From NCBI GenBank assembly GCA_964187785.1, contig OZ076410.1, forward strand, positions 40,176,001-40,240,000: a stretch of DNA of 64,000 bases, read 5' to 3'. Below, in pieces: positions 47,240-59,929 of the stretch. This stretch comes from Amphiscolops sp. MND2022 (taxonomy: Eukaryota). Made by a program: the position numbers and the translations under genes. Every line of letters starts with the position of its first letter. Within the stretch, counting starts at the first letter, position 1. Under the pieces are notes generated by a model. The model was not told the DNA's origin. It was given only the letters and a program-made list of their open reading frames with translations, and made no database searches.

Positions 47240-48712
47240 AAATGAGAGTACTGTCAGATTACAACATTCAAGTTACTCTGAGTATATAGTTTCAGTTATT
47301 ACATCAATCAGTCTTCAGATTATTTAGAATTAAAATGTTTACAAGATGAGATTGACGAGATTACTTTTTTAATGAAATCATTCTAAGCATCTCAATAATT
47401 GAAGTATTAACTTCTAAATAGAATGGCATCTGTCATGCTATTAGGTCAGAGAGTTTAAATATACTTTTACAAATATTAAGATTCTTGATGTCATGCATCA
47501 TGACGTCACAATTGACCGTTTTTTTAGAAAATGTAAAATATATCAGTATCTTCAGAGTGTGTGTGTTTTAAACTTGGGCTTTGTACTCTAGGAGTTTAAT
47601 GTTTCATGTTATGATAGAGTACCATACTTAAGAAGTGAGAACAACCTAAGACGGTTTGAACTTCTTAGTGATTTGACGGTTCACATTGGTGCAACGTTTT
47701 CAGTCAAAAATTTTGATTGACGTTGTTGTTCAAGTTATTGTTTGACAACCTTGTGGTAAGCTCCATCAGCTTTTGTTTAAAAAAATATATGAGTTCCTCA
47801 AATGAGCATTCAAATGAAAATTTTTGAGTTGAAGAACATTTCTAAAAGTTGTCAATGAGTTGTGAACAAACATTGGCGGGTAGTGAACAAAGTGTGAAGA
47901 AGTCAAGAATTGCAAAGGTTCATTTCATTCCCAAGAAAGTGAAGAATAGTCTTTTCTGAAAGTACTTCAAACTTCAAAGTTCAGTTGAAATTCAAAAGTA
48001 AAAATGTGTTATAGAAGAAGGTGTCTTGTACCGGAAAAAAGGAGGAAAGACAAGAATTTGTTGGGTACAAAATAGGGTTATATAGGTGAAATTTGAGTAC
48101 TAAGCACAAAATGATTGAATAAAATGATTACATTTTGATTAAATGAGAGTATATAGTAGCATCAGATTAGAATATTGATTATACGATTACAATGAATTAT
48201 AGTAAAATAAAGATTATACGGGGGTATGTATATTATGAACTAAACTGGAGATTATACGGGTTATTGGAGGTTAAATTTTGAGGTAATGAAAGTTTGAAGT
48301 TTGACTAATGAAAGTTTGAAGATTGGAAGTTGCAAGAAACTGGAGTTTGGGCGATGTTGAAGAGTGATGATGACTGACGGTTGAAGTGACGATGATGGGC
48401 GATGGTTGAAGTGACGATGATGGGTGATGGTTGACGATGTCAAAGAAGTGAAGAGTGACGATGTCTGGATGGACAGTGAAGAAAAGAAGCAGCGACGCAA
48501 GTGAATGAGTGGCGATGTTAAGAATAGGTCGAGAAGCATGTGGTGAAAGATGCATGTTGAAGTTGATGAAGTCAATGAATCCATTGAAGAAAATCAGCAG
48601 CATCGAAGTAAGAAGAAGTTGTAGAGAAGTGAAGTAAGTGAGGTTGGTTCAAGTTGTGTTTCACTTCTTTGGCCAAAAAGGATGTTTTGAAGGAAGGTGT
48701 ACTTGATGTGTT

Positions 48713-49231
48713 TTATAACGTTGTAATTGTATACCCAAAATCGAGAAGGGTAGCATTCAATGCGTCTATGGCGTCATCTAGAGCGGTTTGGAAGTAGTTG
48801 TCCTTAGTTGTAAATGCCGAATTTAGGACGAATACTGTTTCTGAAAATGTCTCGCACACAGCGATTTTTGGGCCTTCAACATGAATGCGATAGTATTGTT
48901 CGAAATTTATATGTTTTTTCTTGATATGACATACATTGTAAAGAACTTTCAGGAAGGAACCTCGGGTAGGAAGAATTACATTGCCATTGTTGATTTCCAG
49001 TGACATTTTGTAAGCCATAGTGTGGAATGTGGCGGCTTTTAAACTATGGACTTTAGAGGTTGTGGAATTAACAAGCTTTTTGATTTCAGAGCTTTGCGGA
49101 GCCATTAGAAGAAGAACGAGAGCTGAAATCCTGGTAGACGTTTTTGGAGTTTGCGGAAGCTGAAAGAAGTCCAGAAGGAGGAAGAAGAATAGAAGTTTGT
49201 GAAACAGATGGAGTCTTAGATTTGAAGACAA
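48713..49231 (-). CDS. Post-env accessory ORF of element 2, up to 172 aa, unknown function
   Basis: Intact ORF with globular, non-repetitive composition; alternative start at MAPQ. Confidence 0.62.
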   Translation of the reverse strand: MSSNLRLHLFHKLLFFFLLLDFFQLPQTPKTSTRISALVLLLMAPQSSEIKKLVNSTTSKVHSLKAATFHTMAYKMSLEINNGNVILPTRGSFLKVLYNVCHIKKKHINFEQYYRIHVEGPKIAVCETFSETVFVLNSAFTTKDNYFQTALDDAIDALNATLLDFGYTITTL

Positions 49232-49510
49232 AATGCGAGGAGTTTTTTGTTATATAATCTGGTGCTATAATATGTATGTCATTTTCGTACTATAGAGGAA
49301 AAGAAATTCTGAAAAGAGTTGAAAAAGATAGTGCTAGAAGATAGATTAGAAAGTAAAATATGTGAAAATGTTCGTGCCATAAATATTGTCGCAAAATTTT
49401 TGGAAGTAAAATAGGAATGTGGCCTGTAGTTTGGGTTGAAAAAGTTCAATAGAGAAAAGTGTACCATATCGTACGAAAATGGAAGAAATTTGTAATATCT
49501 GAGAGATGAT

Positions 49511-50650
49511 TTAATGAAGATTGAAAGTATTAAAAAGAATATTCATAGAGTCAAGTGCAGATTGAATTGCTTGAGATGGTTGTGCTATACGTTGAGAATC
49601 TAGGTCTAGAGTCTGAAGAAGTTTAGAAGTTCTGTCATAGCAATGTACTATGTGGTTAGGAGTGGTGATTGGGGAATTCGATGGATTTCGTTTATATGGG
49701 TCTAACATTTGAGTTAGATCCTTAAGAGTACGATTGTTCAACATGGTAGAAAGTTTTTCACTAGTGGTTTGTGAGTGTTTGATAGGAGATTGAGTAGGGG
49801 ATTCATGATCGGAATGTTTTTGTTCTGTTTGAACCATATAGGAAATGATTTTTGCAGCGATGAACAAAAGTTCAATATATGAGTGTGATTGTTTTGAGAA
49901 TGTTGTAAAATAAGAAATGTGTTTATCATCTAAAGGTGATAAAACAAGGTGTTTTATTATTGCCAAAGGTTTGACAATCTGAGTCGGAATGTTGCAAGGC
50001 AACAGAAAGTCGTCAAAACGAATGAGATATTCTTGAGGTACGATAAGCGGACGAGATGTATCATTGTGAGGAAGTAGACAAAAGTATGGTTTAATAGGAT
50101 CGTAATTACTGAGGTATCCTGGTATTTTAGAGTGATCAATGGTATATAGGATCGTCATTGTGAAAGTTGATGTATATTTGTAGTTTGCAAAAATGTAATT
50201 TTGAGGTTTGGTGTGTTGAAGAAAGCGAGTATAAGTGAAGTGATGATTGGCTTTTTGAGCGTTCGATAGGAAAGACGGATCATTTTCGTCTGTTTTTAGA
50301 TCATAGATAGATGGGCGAAGAAAGTTAAACTGAAGAGAGAATATTTTTACACCATTATCAAAACAGTACTGATACGGTGCCATTATTTTAGAAGCAATTG
50401 ATGTGAAGAAATATTGATTTTTGTCATAGAGTATGAAGGTGTAGTCAGTCGGATGCATGTAGAGAGAAGTTGATTGGGATTTGAAGGAGAATTGATTTGT
50501 AGAAAGTATGAGTGTAAGATATTCATCGCGATTAGTTGAGAGTTGAGGTTTTGTAGGTTTTATTGGAGGAGATACCGGTGATGAGAGAAATGCAGGATCT
50601 TTCATTATTTCATATATCTTTAGTATCAAGAAAGAGAACAGGAGAATCAT
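49511..50650 (-). CDS. Post-env accessory ORF of element 2, 379 aa, unknown function
   Basis: Longest uninterrupted ORF in element 2, on the element's coding strand. Confidence 0.72.
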   Translation of the reverse strand: MILLFSFLILKIYEIMKDPAFLSSPVSPPIKPTKPQLSTNRDEYLTLILSTNQFSFKSQSTSLYMHPTDYTFILYDKNQYFFTSIASKIMAPYQYCFDNGVKIFSLQFNFLRPSIYDLKTDENDPSFLSNAQKANHHFTYTRFLQHTKPQNYIFANYKYTSTFTMTILYTIDHSKIPGYLSNYDPIKPYFCLLPHNDTSRPLIVPQEYLIRFDDFLLPCNIPTQIVKPLAIIKHLVLSPLDDKHISYFTTFSKQSHSYIELLFIAAKIISYMVQTEQKHSDHESPTQSPIKHSQTTSEKLSTMLNNRTLKDLTQMLDPYKRNPSNSPITTPNHIVHCYDRTSKLLQTLDLDSQRIAQPSQAIQSALDSMNILFNTFNLH

Positions 50651-51339
50651 TTGAGAGAGGTTTTGTTATAAGACCTGTAGTGTGCATTTCAAGTTGATGT
50701 TGAAGATCAATCTGTTCTTGTGTTATAAGTGGAGTCAGGTTCTGAAAATCTAATTGTGCTTGTGTCATATTTCAGGAGAATTGTGTTAAAAAATTTCTTT
50801 TATTGAGAAAACACTAACGAGTAGCTTTAGTAGCTGTTTGTGGAGGAGGAGCAAGAACTCGGATAGTTATTGGGCGGTTGAGTGTTATTTCGATTACGGG
50901 TTCAAGTTGAAAAAGAGGCAGTGGCTCAATTTTTGAAGAGAAGATCGGATGTATAGCAAGAAAGAAAGTGAAAAGAAGTTAGCAGCTATTCGGGAGGAGT
51001 GAAAAAGTCAGACTGGTCAGTTTGAAAAGATGGCGGAGGAAAAGAGTAATTTGTTTTGGAATATATGCGGACAGGAGTCTCCATCTCACAAATGACAGGT
51101 GATGTAATTAATGGATAGTCATTAGGATTTGTGGTGACAGAAGAGTAATGTGGTAACGATGATGAAGTAACAGATGTGGGTTGACCAGTAATGGGTTTTT
51201 TGATCGTAATACTGTTTCCTTTTGGGAAAAAATTTAAAACGTGTTATTTTGGAAATCCTATTTTTACGTTTTGTATAGAATGGTGGGGGTGAAGTAATGC
51301 CAGTTGGATTTGAAGAAATACCAATTGTATCATGAGGAT

Positions 51340-53707
51340 TTATGAGGATTCGTCTAATGAGTTTTCACTTATGTTTGGTAGGTGATTTGAACTTTTGAGA
51401 GATCTTTTGGAACGAGTATTTCTTAGGTCATGTAACGTGTCAGCTGTAAGAACATTCAAGAAACCATGAGCAATAGAGCTAAGAACTGTGATGTTTTGTT
51501 TAAGATTGTATTTGATTGAAATGGTTTTATAAAGTGTAACTATGAGTGTTAACATGGTTTTTATGAAAAGGTATGTAGAAAAATATATTCCACATTGTGT
51601 TAGAATGTAACATGGGTATCCAAATAATGCGATAAAAGCATCAGAAAACCATGTAGGAGTAAAAAGTGGTGTAAGATTAATTAGTCTATCATGAAGTCCA
51701 ATACGAAGTGTAATGTATGGATTGTCATAAGGGGTATTAGCATCATATTTAGGTGTGTTAGAGGAAATGAAGGAATAACTAAGGGCTTTTTCCAAAAGAA
51801 TGTTTTGAAAAGAGGATTCTATTCCAAAACTGATCTAGTTCAGCATTAGAATATATACCAGCATCTTGAGCTGTAAAAGTATTAGGGCGTATTGTAGTTT
51901 TAAGTTGAGAAGGAGAAAACATAAGTGGTGGTTTTCGTTTAAAAGGTTCAGGACCAAATATATAAAAGACTTGATCGTCTGAGTCGGGATCAAGTTGGAT
52001 AATGTTCTTTGGATTATTTTCGCATCTGATGGGAGTAGCATAATCAAATGTTTGACGTGTAATAGGATCAACGTACATAAGAGTGTCTTTGAAGTGAATA
52101 GGAATTCTGTCAAAACAGCGGTCAGTAATATATAATGGAGAAAGAAAATGTGGACAATCATAAAGCCAAGCAGTAGATCCTTAAACATAAAGGAAATTAC
52201 TGCGATTGCCTAATAAAAGGAAGCCAGCAAGTTGAGGGTTCTGTACAGACATTGCAAGTATTGTAAGAACCTGGTTTCGTTCTAATTGACATACTGTAAG
52301 AAGAGTATTTAGTTCTTGGACAGTCATTGAACGAAAAACATGGTTAGTAGTGTAATCTATTTTTGTATTTATATGTGTATCATAGTCTATTGTAGCAAAA
52401 TTGTTCTAAACATTTGGTGCTGGGAATACGTATTTGTTAGAATTATTCAATACTATTTTACCAGAAATATATTCGTTTATTATCGAACTAGGATTTGGTT
52501 GTCCTGTGTGCATATTAAATCCTTCAGTGTAAGTAATAAAAAGATCAGAGTATTGTGTAGAATTCAGAGTTTCAGGTTTACCACTAAAGGTTTGAGAATT
52601 GGGAAATACTTCAAAGCGTGAAAGACTTGGGATATGTGGGTTTTGTGCATGTGAAGCATGGACATAAGGATAAGAAGTACCTTTAACACCAGCGTTGGTG
52701 GCAGGTTTTTCAAGAATAGAAGAGTGTACAAAGGAGTCTGTTTCAATTTCATAACGGTCTTCAATTTTAGTCATTCGTCCATTAAACTCTTGTAATGTAA
52801 AAATGAGACAAAAGTCATCACGGAACCATACAAGTGTATAAGGAGTTTTTGTTGTTGATTTACAGAAACCATCTGCGAAATAACATGGTAAAGTGTGACC
52901 ATCGATTATTATAACATTTTGTGTATCATCATAAGTTAATTCTATTTCAGATATTGCAAGTCGCCAACTAACTAGGTTGACTTCAAATTGATGATGGGCA
53001 GGACAGTTATGATGAGGATTGCGAAGTGGGTCATATATCAAATTTTTGTCGACAGGCATTTAAGTAAATGTTCCGGTATACATTTTGTTAAATTGATATA
53101 CAATGAAAAGTGTTTGAAAGCGTTCTAATTGTTCTTGAAAGTAGTGGGCTTTTAATAGTGTGAAAGATTTGTTATAGTTGAGATTGTTCAATATTTTATT
53201 ATCAGTTTCATTAGGATGTCTAATAAGGTTTTTACATTCAAGAGGATCAAGAGTGATAGGTAGTCGCATAGTGTTGTGATTCCAAACAGTTCGATCAACA
53301 CGTCGATGTTTGACATTTCCTTGAAAGAAAACTTTGCGTTCTTTTTTAGCATAAGCTTCACATTTGAAAGCGCCAAAACGTTTGGCTTTTGCTCTTACAT
53401 AAACTCGGGCTTGAACATTTGCTTGTTGTATGTTAAAAGGAGCTTCAGTACCTTGTTTCACATTAAGGAGATTAAATTGGCGAAGGTTATGTTGTTCTGC
53501 ACAGTCAAAATGAGAGACCATAAGATTTGTAATGTTTGGATCATCAGATGGAAGGTATTGGGTATCATCAGTGGGAGTAATAGGAATAGAAGAAGTAAAA
53601 TATATTGTAATATAGAAGAGTAGTATATATGTAATAGAAGTGTATTTGTTAAAAGGAAGTAGTATATTTGAGACCAGAAAAGGGGTTGTAGAATACGATT
53701 TTGCCAT
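51340..53707 (-). pseudogene. env: Envelope glycoprotein of element 2, gB/chuvirus-like, fragmented
   Basis: N-terminal hydrophobic segment; 'HFDCAEQHNLRQFNLLNVKQ'; 'YVDPITRQT...QDAGIYS' shared with env of element 1 ('FVDPITRQT...QDAGMYT'); TM 'ILTQCGIYFSTYLFIKTMLTLIV'. Confidence 0.85.
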
Positions 53708-54930
53708 AAGCTAAATCATGTAATTCTGGGTCACGATTAAAATCAATTAAAATGACTTCAAACGGAGCAGGGGTTGTTTTATGTACAATCTTTGCAACGC
53801 GAAATATAGGATGAGGTTTAAGACCTTGGAATTTGACTTTAACTTCAAATTTTAATTCCAAGTTGGGAGTTTGAAGACGTTTGAGTTCTAGTTCTTTTCT
53901 TTTATTTGAAAGTGAATTATTATTTGCAATAAAACGTTTTGTAAGAAGGGGGAAATGAGGATCGTTTTGAGGATCGTAAATAGTCGTTCCGTCTACGCGT
54001 ATAGGATAATCTGCAAAATTGGGAGTAGGTGGCCTTGAGTGATCAGATGTAAAATATTCAGGCATTCTTACGTGAGGAGCAACAAGTGTGGGTATTAGAA
54101 CTTCAGAAAAGAGATTTCCTGAGAGGTATGCAGTTTGAACATCAGAGGAAATTAACGAAGCAGTGTCAACTCCAGTTGTAAAATAAGATTGTGGGACAAG
54201 TTCTGAAGAAAGTGTGCTTTCAGAAGATAAGGGTTGAGCGTGTTGTCTGAAAAGACGTATTGCAGAATTACTGGATAGTGCAGAAAAATTAGATGTTGAC
54301 GAGTCAGTAGCACTGAGGCGTCTATTCGGTAAAGGTCTTAGATTATATCTATGTTGAGGTACAATATCAAAGCTAGAAGTATCTGTTTGTGGTTGATACA
54401 CAGATGCAAAACCTAACAAGTTAGAAAAGAAGTTGAAGGGTGTCTGAGAGGTTTTAAAGGAGGGTAAAGTTGAGCAGTATTAGACGATTCAGATGGTAGG
54501 TGTAATGAAGGAAGAGGTGTGTATTCTACGTCAGGTATTTGTACTAGATCTAAATTATGTTGGTAATGAGGTGGAAGGCGAGCAGTTTTGATAGCAGTTG
54601 GCTGTTTGTAGTTTACAAAGTGTGATACAGTATGAGGATCTGGTATATGAATTACAGGTGTATGAGTTGATGGTTGAGATCGAGAACGAAGAGTAAGTGG
54701 TATCTCAACAATAGGTGCTCTACTAATATGAGTAGAGGTTGTATGAGAAGATTGTGTAGGAGAAGTGGTTATAATATGAGATCGTGGTCGTTTTGAAGGG
54801 GTTACAGGAGTTACATTGGTTGATTGAGTAACTTGTGAAACCGAAGATTCAGTTGGAGAAGGTATACTAGGAGCAGAGGAAGATGTCTGAGGTGAAGAAT
54901 CCAGGGTGAAAATTGAAATGAATAACTCAA
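53649..54930 (-). pseudogene. Ser/Thr/Pro-rich ORF between pol and env of element 2 (ORF 53649-54419 plus an upstream frame joined by a frameshift near 54452)
   Basis: The 256-aa ORF has a basic C-terminal region; hand translation shows a further ~170 open codons of S/T/P-rich sequence upstream in an adjacent frame. Confidence 0.5.
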
Positions 54931-57900
54931 AGTTTGGATGGAAGTAAGAAAAGACGATAATCCATTTTGGGTTGTTGTCTTAAGTTATAATGAGTTTTGG
55001 TATTTCTATTATCTGTAACATAAGGAGGTGTTGATTGGTTTTGAGATGGGTGACGGGTTCTGTCAGAAAATTGATTATTATCAAGAGCTTTGAGGATTTG
55101 TTTGAAAGGTGATGTAGTATTTGACGGAGGATTAATATTTGATGAGTTTTGAAAGAGGTCATCTTGTGAAGGGTTTTGATAATCTGATGAAGATAGATCG
55201 TCAGAGAGAGATTCATCGGAATTAAAAGGTGATGAGTCACTGTTAGCATATTTAATGTTTGGAATGTTAATATCATAGTTAATTGAGTCTGAGAAACGCA
55301 TGAATTGACGTAAATGAGGATATAAGAGTGATTCTTTAGGATAATAAGGTATTAAATGGTTACTATGAACGTGTAATGTAGAACCATTTTGTGCACGAAG
55401 TTCATATGTAACATCGGATAATCTATCAAGAATTTTGTATGGACCAATCCGAAGGGGTTTAAATTTGTCTGAAAAATGGACATGTGCAAAATGACGTTCG
55501 AGTACAAAAGTGCCAATAGGAAGTGGTTTTCCTTCATGATAAGTTTCAGTAATGTTAGCGTAAGAATTTAGTTTTTTAGGGTGTTGTAATATACAGTGGA
55601 GTATAATTGTAACATTGTAGTTTCGACAGCGAGAAACCATTGTGGGATAGGTTTAGAGAGAGTTTTATAAAAGAAGGGGTTTATATCCGTTTTGTCATAG
55701 TGTGAATGTTCTGGAAAATGAGAACAATATTGTGAAATACAAGTTTTTGAGGAATTACGATTAAGGTTTAAATCAAAGGTAAGTGGAATTCCTGGTCTTG
55801 TGTGAAAAACAGTTTCGTACGGAGAAACATTGAGTTCTGAAATAGGTTGTGAATTGTAGGCATAGGAGTACATATGGACTTGGAATGCCCAATCTTGAGG
55901 AGTGTTATGAAGAAACATACGAAAGTGAGTGTCAAGGTTTCTGTTTCGTACTTCTACAAGGCCGTTTGTGCACGGAGAATCAGCTGTTCAAGGAGAATGT
56001 CTAATTCCCATAAGAGTACAAAGATGTGCCATATCGTTATTTATGTATTCAGATCCACGGTCTGTAACAAGGTATATAGGTGGACCATATTTGGTAATCC
56101 AATGGTGTAATAGAGTTTTGACTGCAGTTTTAGCGTGGTTGATTTAATTGGAACAGTAACAATGAAATGACTTAAAGCGTCGACAATGACATGAATGTTT
56201 GATTTGTGTGCTGAAAGAGGATTGATAGGTCCTTTGGTGTCCATTGAGATTCTGTAATTAAAAGAGGGAGCATGTTCTGCAAATGATTGTGTAGGAGCAG
56301 TTTGGATTTTCATATTGAAGTGTTTGTTTCGTTGACATTCAAGTCAGTCATGTATAAAAATAGATTACCATTTTTCAAGATAGGGAATGTAACAATATTG
56401 TGAAAAAGTGTTATATGTGATTTTGATACCTGTGTGAGAGTGTTCGTGAAGTTTGTTAAATACAGTTTGAAACATTCTAAAAGGGAGACAGATTCGAATA
56501 GTATTATGTATTAATTTTGGAATTGAAGTAGAATGTGTTTCAGGAGGAAGCTGGTTTGTTGTATATAGGCTTATGAGGTTTGTAGTGTCGTCAATAAAAA
56601 GTTGTGAAAATCGTTTGTAATGTGCGTGTAAGAAAAGATTACCAGTGATTAGAGGTGTAAGAAACTCAGGTTTCTCATTTCGAGATATCCAAGAGTAGAT
56701 AGTTCTAAGAATAGGATCCTGGGATTGTTGTGCTTTAAGTGTTTTGAGGTCTAAAGAGTTGTCATCAGGAAGAAGGAAGCCTTGAAAGTAAGTTTTGTAT
56801 TTGAAGCAGGAAGGATCATAGAAAGGTATAACTCGTGGAGAATGTGTTATAGGGTTTGCATTGGTTTGTACATCGATAGCAGAAGTTGATTCTGATAATG
56901 GTTTTGATATTGTATTGGGTGTTGATTTTTTGATTGTAGAGAAAGTTTCTTTTTGTTCATGTAACGTTTCGTCAGTAGAGAAAGGAGAGTTATTTTTTGG
57001 AATTCTAGTGTATATATGTTCTTCGTCATCACTTGTAGCATCAGTATCGTTCAATAGGAGAGATTGTTGGTGTAGAGAATTATGTTTTTTTATAGGTGTT
57101 TTGAATTTAGGTTGAAAGGAAGTGACAGCTTTGAAAGAAAAGGAGTTTAACGATAATATCGTTACTTTTGTCATTAATTCGTAATGAAAATTGATCTGTT
57201 CCATAATCAGCAAGGATTGGATGAGAGTCATGTTTTTTATGTGGTAAAACTTCTTCGTGTTTGATCAAGTAATTTACGGGTTTAAGGGTGTTGTTTTGTA
57301 ATATAGTAAAGTCAATTTGAGTTGGAAGGTGTTTGTGTTTTAATTGATTTACCTGGAGTTCTTCTTTCTTAAAAGAGCGACTGAGTAGGTCAGCAACAGA
57401 AAGGTTTTTCCAGGAGTATGTATAATTTCAAGTTTTGAGAATTTAGTTAGTTGCATTTGAGCTCGATAGAATCGTGGACTAAGGTTTCCTTTTTTGTAAA
57501 ACAATGTAAATTAGGTTTGTGTCAGTGAATATATGGATAGGATGAGGAGATCCTATATTGATGAATTCGTAGATTTGAAGGGCATGGACTATACCAAGGA
57601 GTTCACGTTCAAGAGTGGCATGTTTTTGTTCTTGTTGGTTTAATATACGTGAATTGTAAGATATGACTTTCATTTGGTTTTGTTCATTTAATTGAAAAAG
57701 GACAGCGCCTATTCCAAAAAGTGAAGCGTCTACTGTATTAAGATTGGGTGTTTTGTATTGGGAATTGTATGTTCGGTGTCAGAAGTAAGAGATTTCTTTA
57801 ATGTCTGGAATAAACGTTCATGTTCATCGGTCCATTTCCAAGGAGTGTTTTCATGTAATAGATCGTAAAACGGTTTGAGGTTAATATGAAGTTTGTCTAT

Positions 57901-59926
57901 AAATTTGGCATAAATGTTAAGTGCACCAATGAAACTCATTAGGGCAACTTTTCCAGTGGGAGAAGTAATTTTATGTATGGCTGCAATTTTTGAATGAATA
58001 GGTTTGATTCTATTGTAACCTTTTTCAAGTCCCAAAAAATTGACCATGAGAAGCATGAAAATGGACTTCTCGGGGCGAGTTTGTGATTATTTTTTGTACT
58101 AATAATATGTAATTGTTCGATAAGGTGAAACATATGTTCTTTTGAATTTAATAAGAGTAAAGTATCATCTATGTAAACAAGAGCAAAACCTTGTTCCATA
58201 AGAGTTTTAAAGAAGGTTGACATTTGTTTTGTAAAAAATTTCGGAAGTCCTTTGAGACCATAAAAGCCTCGTATAAAAGCGAAAAGTTTGTCTCCGGAGG
58301 AAAAACTTGTAAGTTTAAAAGTTTCTTCACCACGAGGTGTATGTGCATAAGCATACATGAGGTCTCTTGCACTTTTATATTTTTTATTCGCTCATGCCAA
58401 TTGTGGAGCAAGAGGTTCAATAGGCCAAGATTCGTCTGATTGTTCTGTATTAGAATTAAGGTGTCGTGCATCAAATACACATTTAATGGAGTATCCCTTA
58501 GATATAATAATAAGAGGACATAAATAAGTTGTGCCATAGACTGGTTTGTCTTGAGGAGAAGAACCGATTTGTTTAATAATGTTATGTTTTTCTAGTTCTT
58601 TAAGAAGATTGTTGAGTTTATCATGGTGATGGATTGGTACTTTGGAAGGTCTTTTGGATGAAGTTGAGCATTTGGTTTAAGTCTAATGCGGAAGGGCGTT
58701 GCAACCTTTCCAACATCATTTTTTTGGGTAGCATAACATGTTTTATATTTGAGTAGTAGATTGCATAGTGTAATGTATTCGGTATCTGTTAGATCAGAAA
58801 ATTGGAAGTTGAATTTGTTTAAAACTTTGAGATTTTCTGGAGAATATGGTATTGAAGGAAGAACTCGAGGTTTTGAAGTGTGAGAAGTAGGTTGGACATT
58901 ATAGAGAGATGAAGTTTCTTGTAAGGTTTCGGAATTTGTCATATAAACTTGGTGTAGTGGAAATTGAGTAGTAGAGAAGATATCATGATTGGGTGATACA
59001 GAGTAGTTTGTTTGTGGAATTGGTTCTGTAAGTTCAGGATGGTATGTATGAGTGACATTGTGTTTGAGTGTATTTATATCATTGACTTGGTAATATTTAG
59101 GTTTTTCATTTGTGATTGGAACATCTATGTATCCAATGTGTCCTGTAGGAAGTGTTGCAACATGGTTCGTAGAGTTTCGAATAATTGTAGCACAATTATC
59201 TGGTTGTCATCCGTGAATACTTCAATGAAATTGAAGGTTGTACGATATTTTGAAGAAAAATAAGTATGTGGTATTGTAGGGAAGAATTGGTTTTGTGGAG
59301 TCGTTGAGAAAAGAAGGTTGTAATAATTGTTTATACGGAAGTATTTATTTTGTTTATTTTGTTTGTTTATTTTGGAGGAGTTAGGTTTTAGACGAATTTG
59401 TGTTTTGGAATTGATTCGATAAATATATGAGAAATATGGGTAATCTTTGGATAGAAGTGAAGTAAATTTGTATAGTTTGGGTGTATTCTAGAGTGATGTT
59501 TGAATTGTAATGTAAAATCTTGAATATTTATGGTTTGTATATTTTCCTCGAAGAAGGGTGTGCCAAGGATATTGTATTTTATGTCTGCTACTGCAAAAGG
59601 TATTATAAATTGACGAGAGTCATCTTCTATTGTTGTATTTAAGGTGAGAGTGACATAGTGTAAAATAGGAACATCTGTTTGGTTTGCAACTGTTAGTGTT
59701 TCAGACGAGGTTGTGGATTGCTTTGTTTAATATTAAGAAGTTTTGCAATTGTAACATAAGTAGGGTAGTTTAATACAGAGATTGAAGCGCCACAATCTAA
59801 GAGAAATGAAATTTCAAGTGTGGATGGATAGTCACGTTGGGTTTGGTTTGGTGAAAAATGTGTATATAAGGAGTAAAACCAACTTGTGGGAGTTAATGCA
59901 TTTGCCATTTCTGTTGGGTGATACAT
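54927..59926 (-). pseudogene. pol: Gypsy pol of element 2 (PR-RT-RNH-INT), many frameshifts, no macro domain
   Basis: FLLDCGASISVL, ALVYIDD, LERELLGIV, ISMDTKGP, LRIGPYKI. Confidence 0.92.
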
Positions 59927-59929
59927 GTG

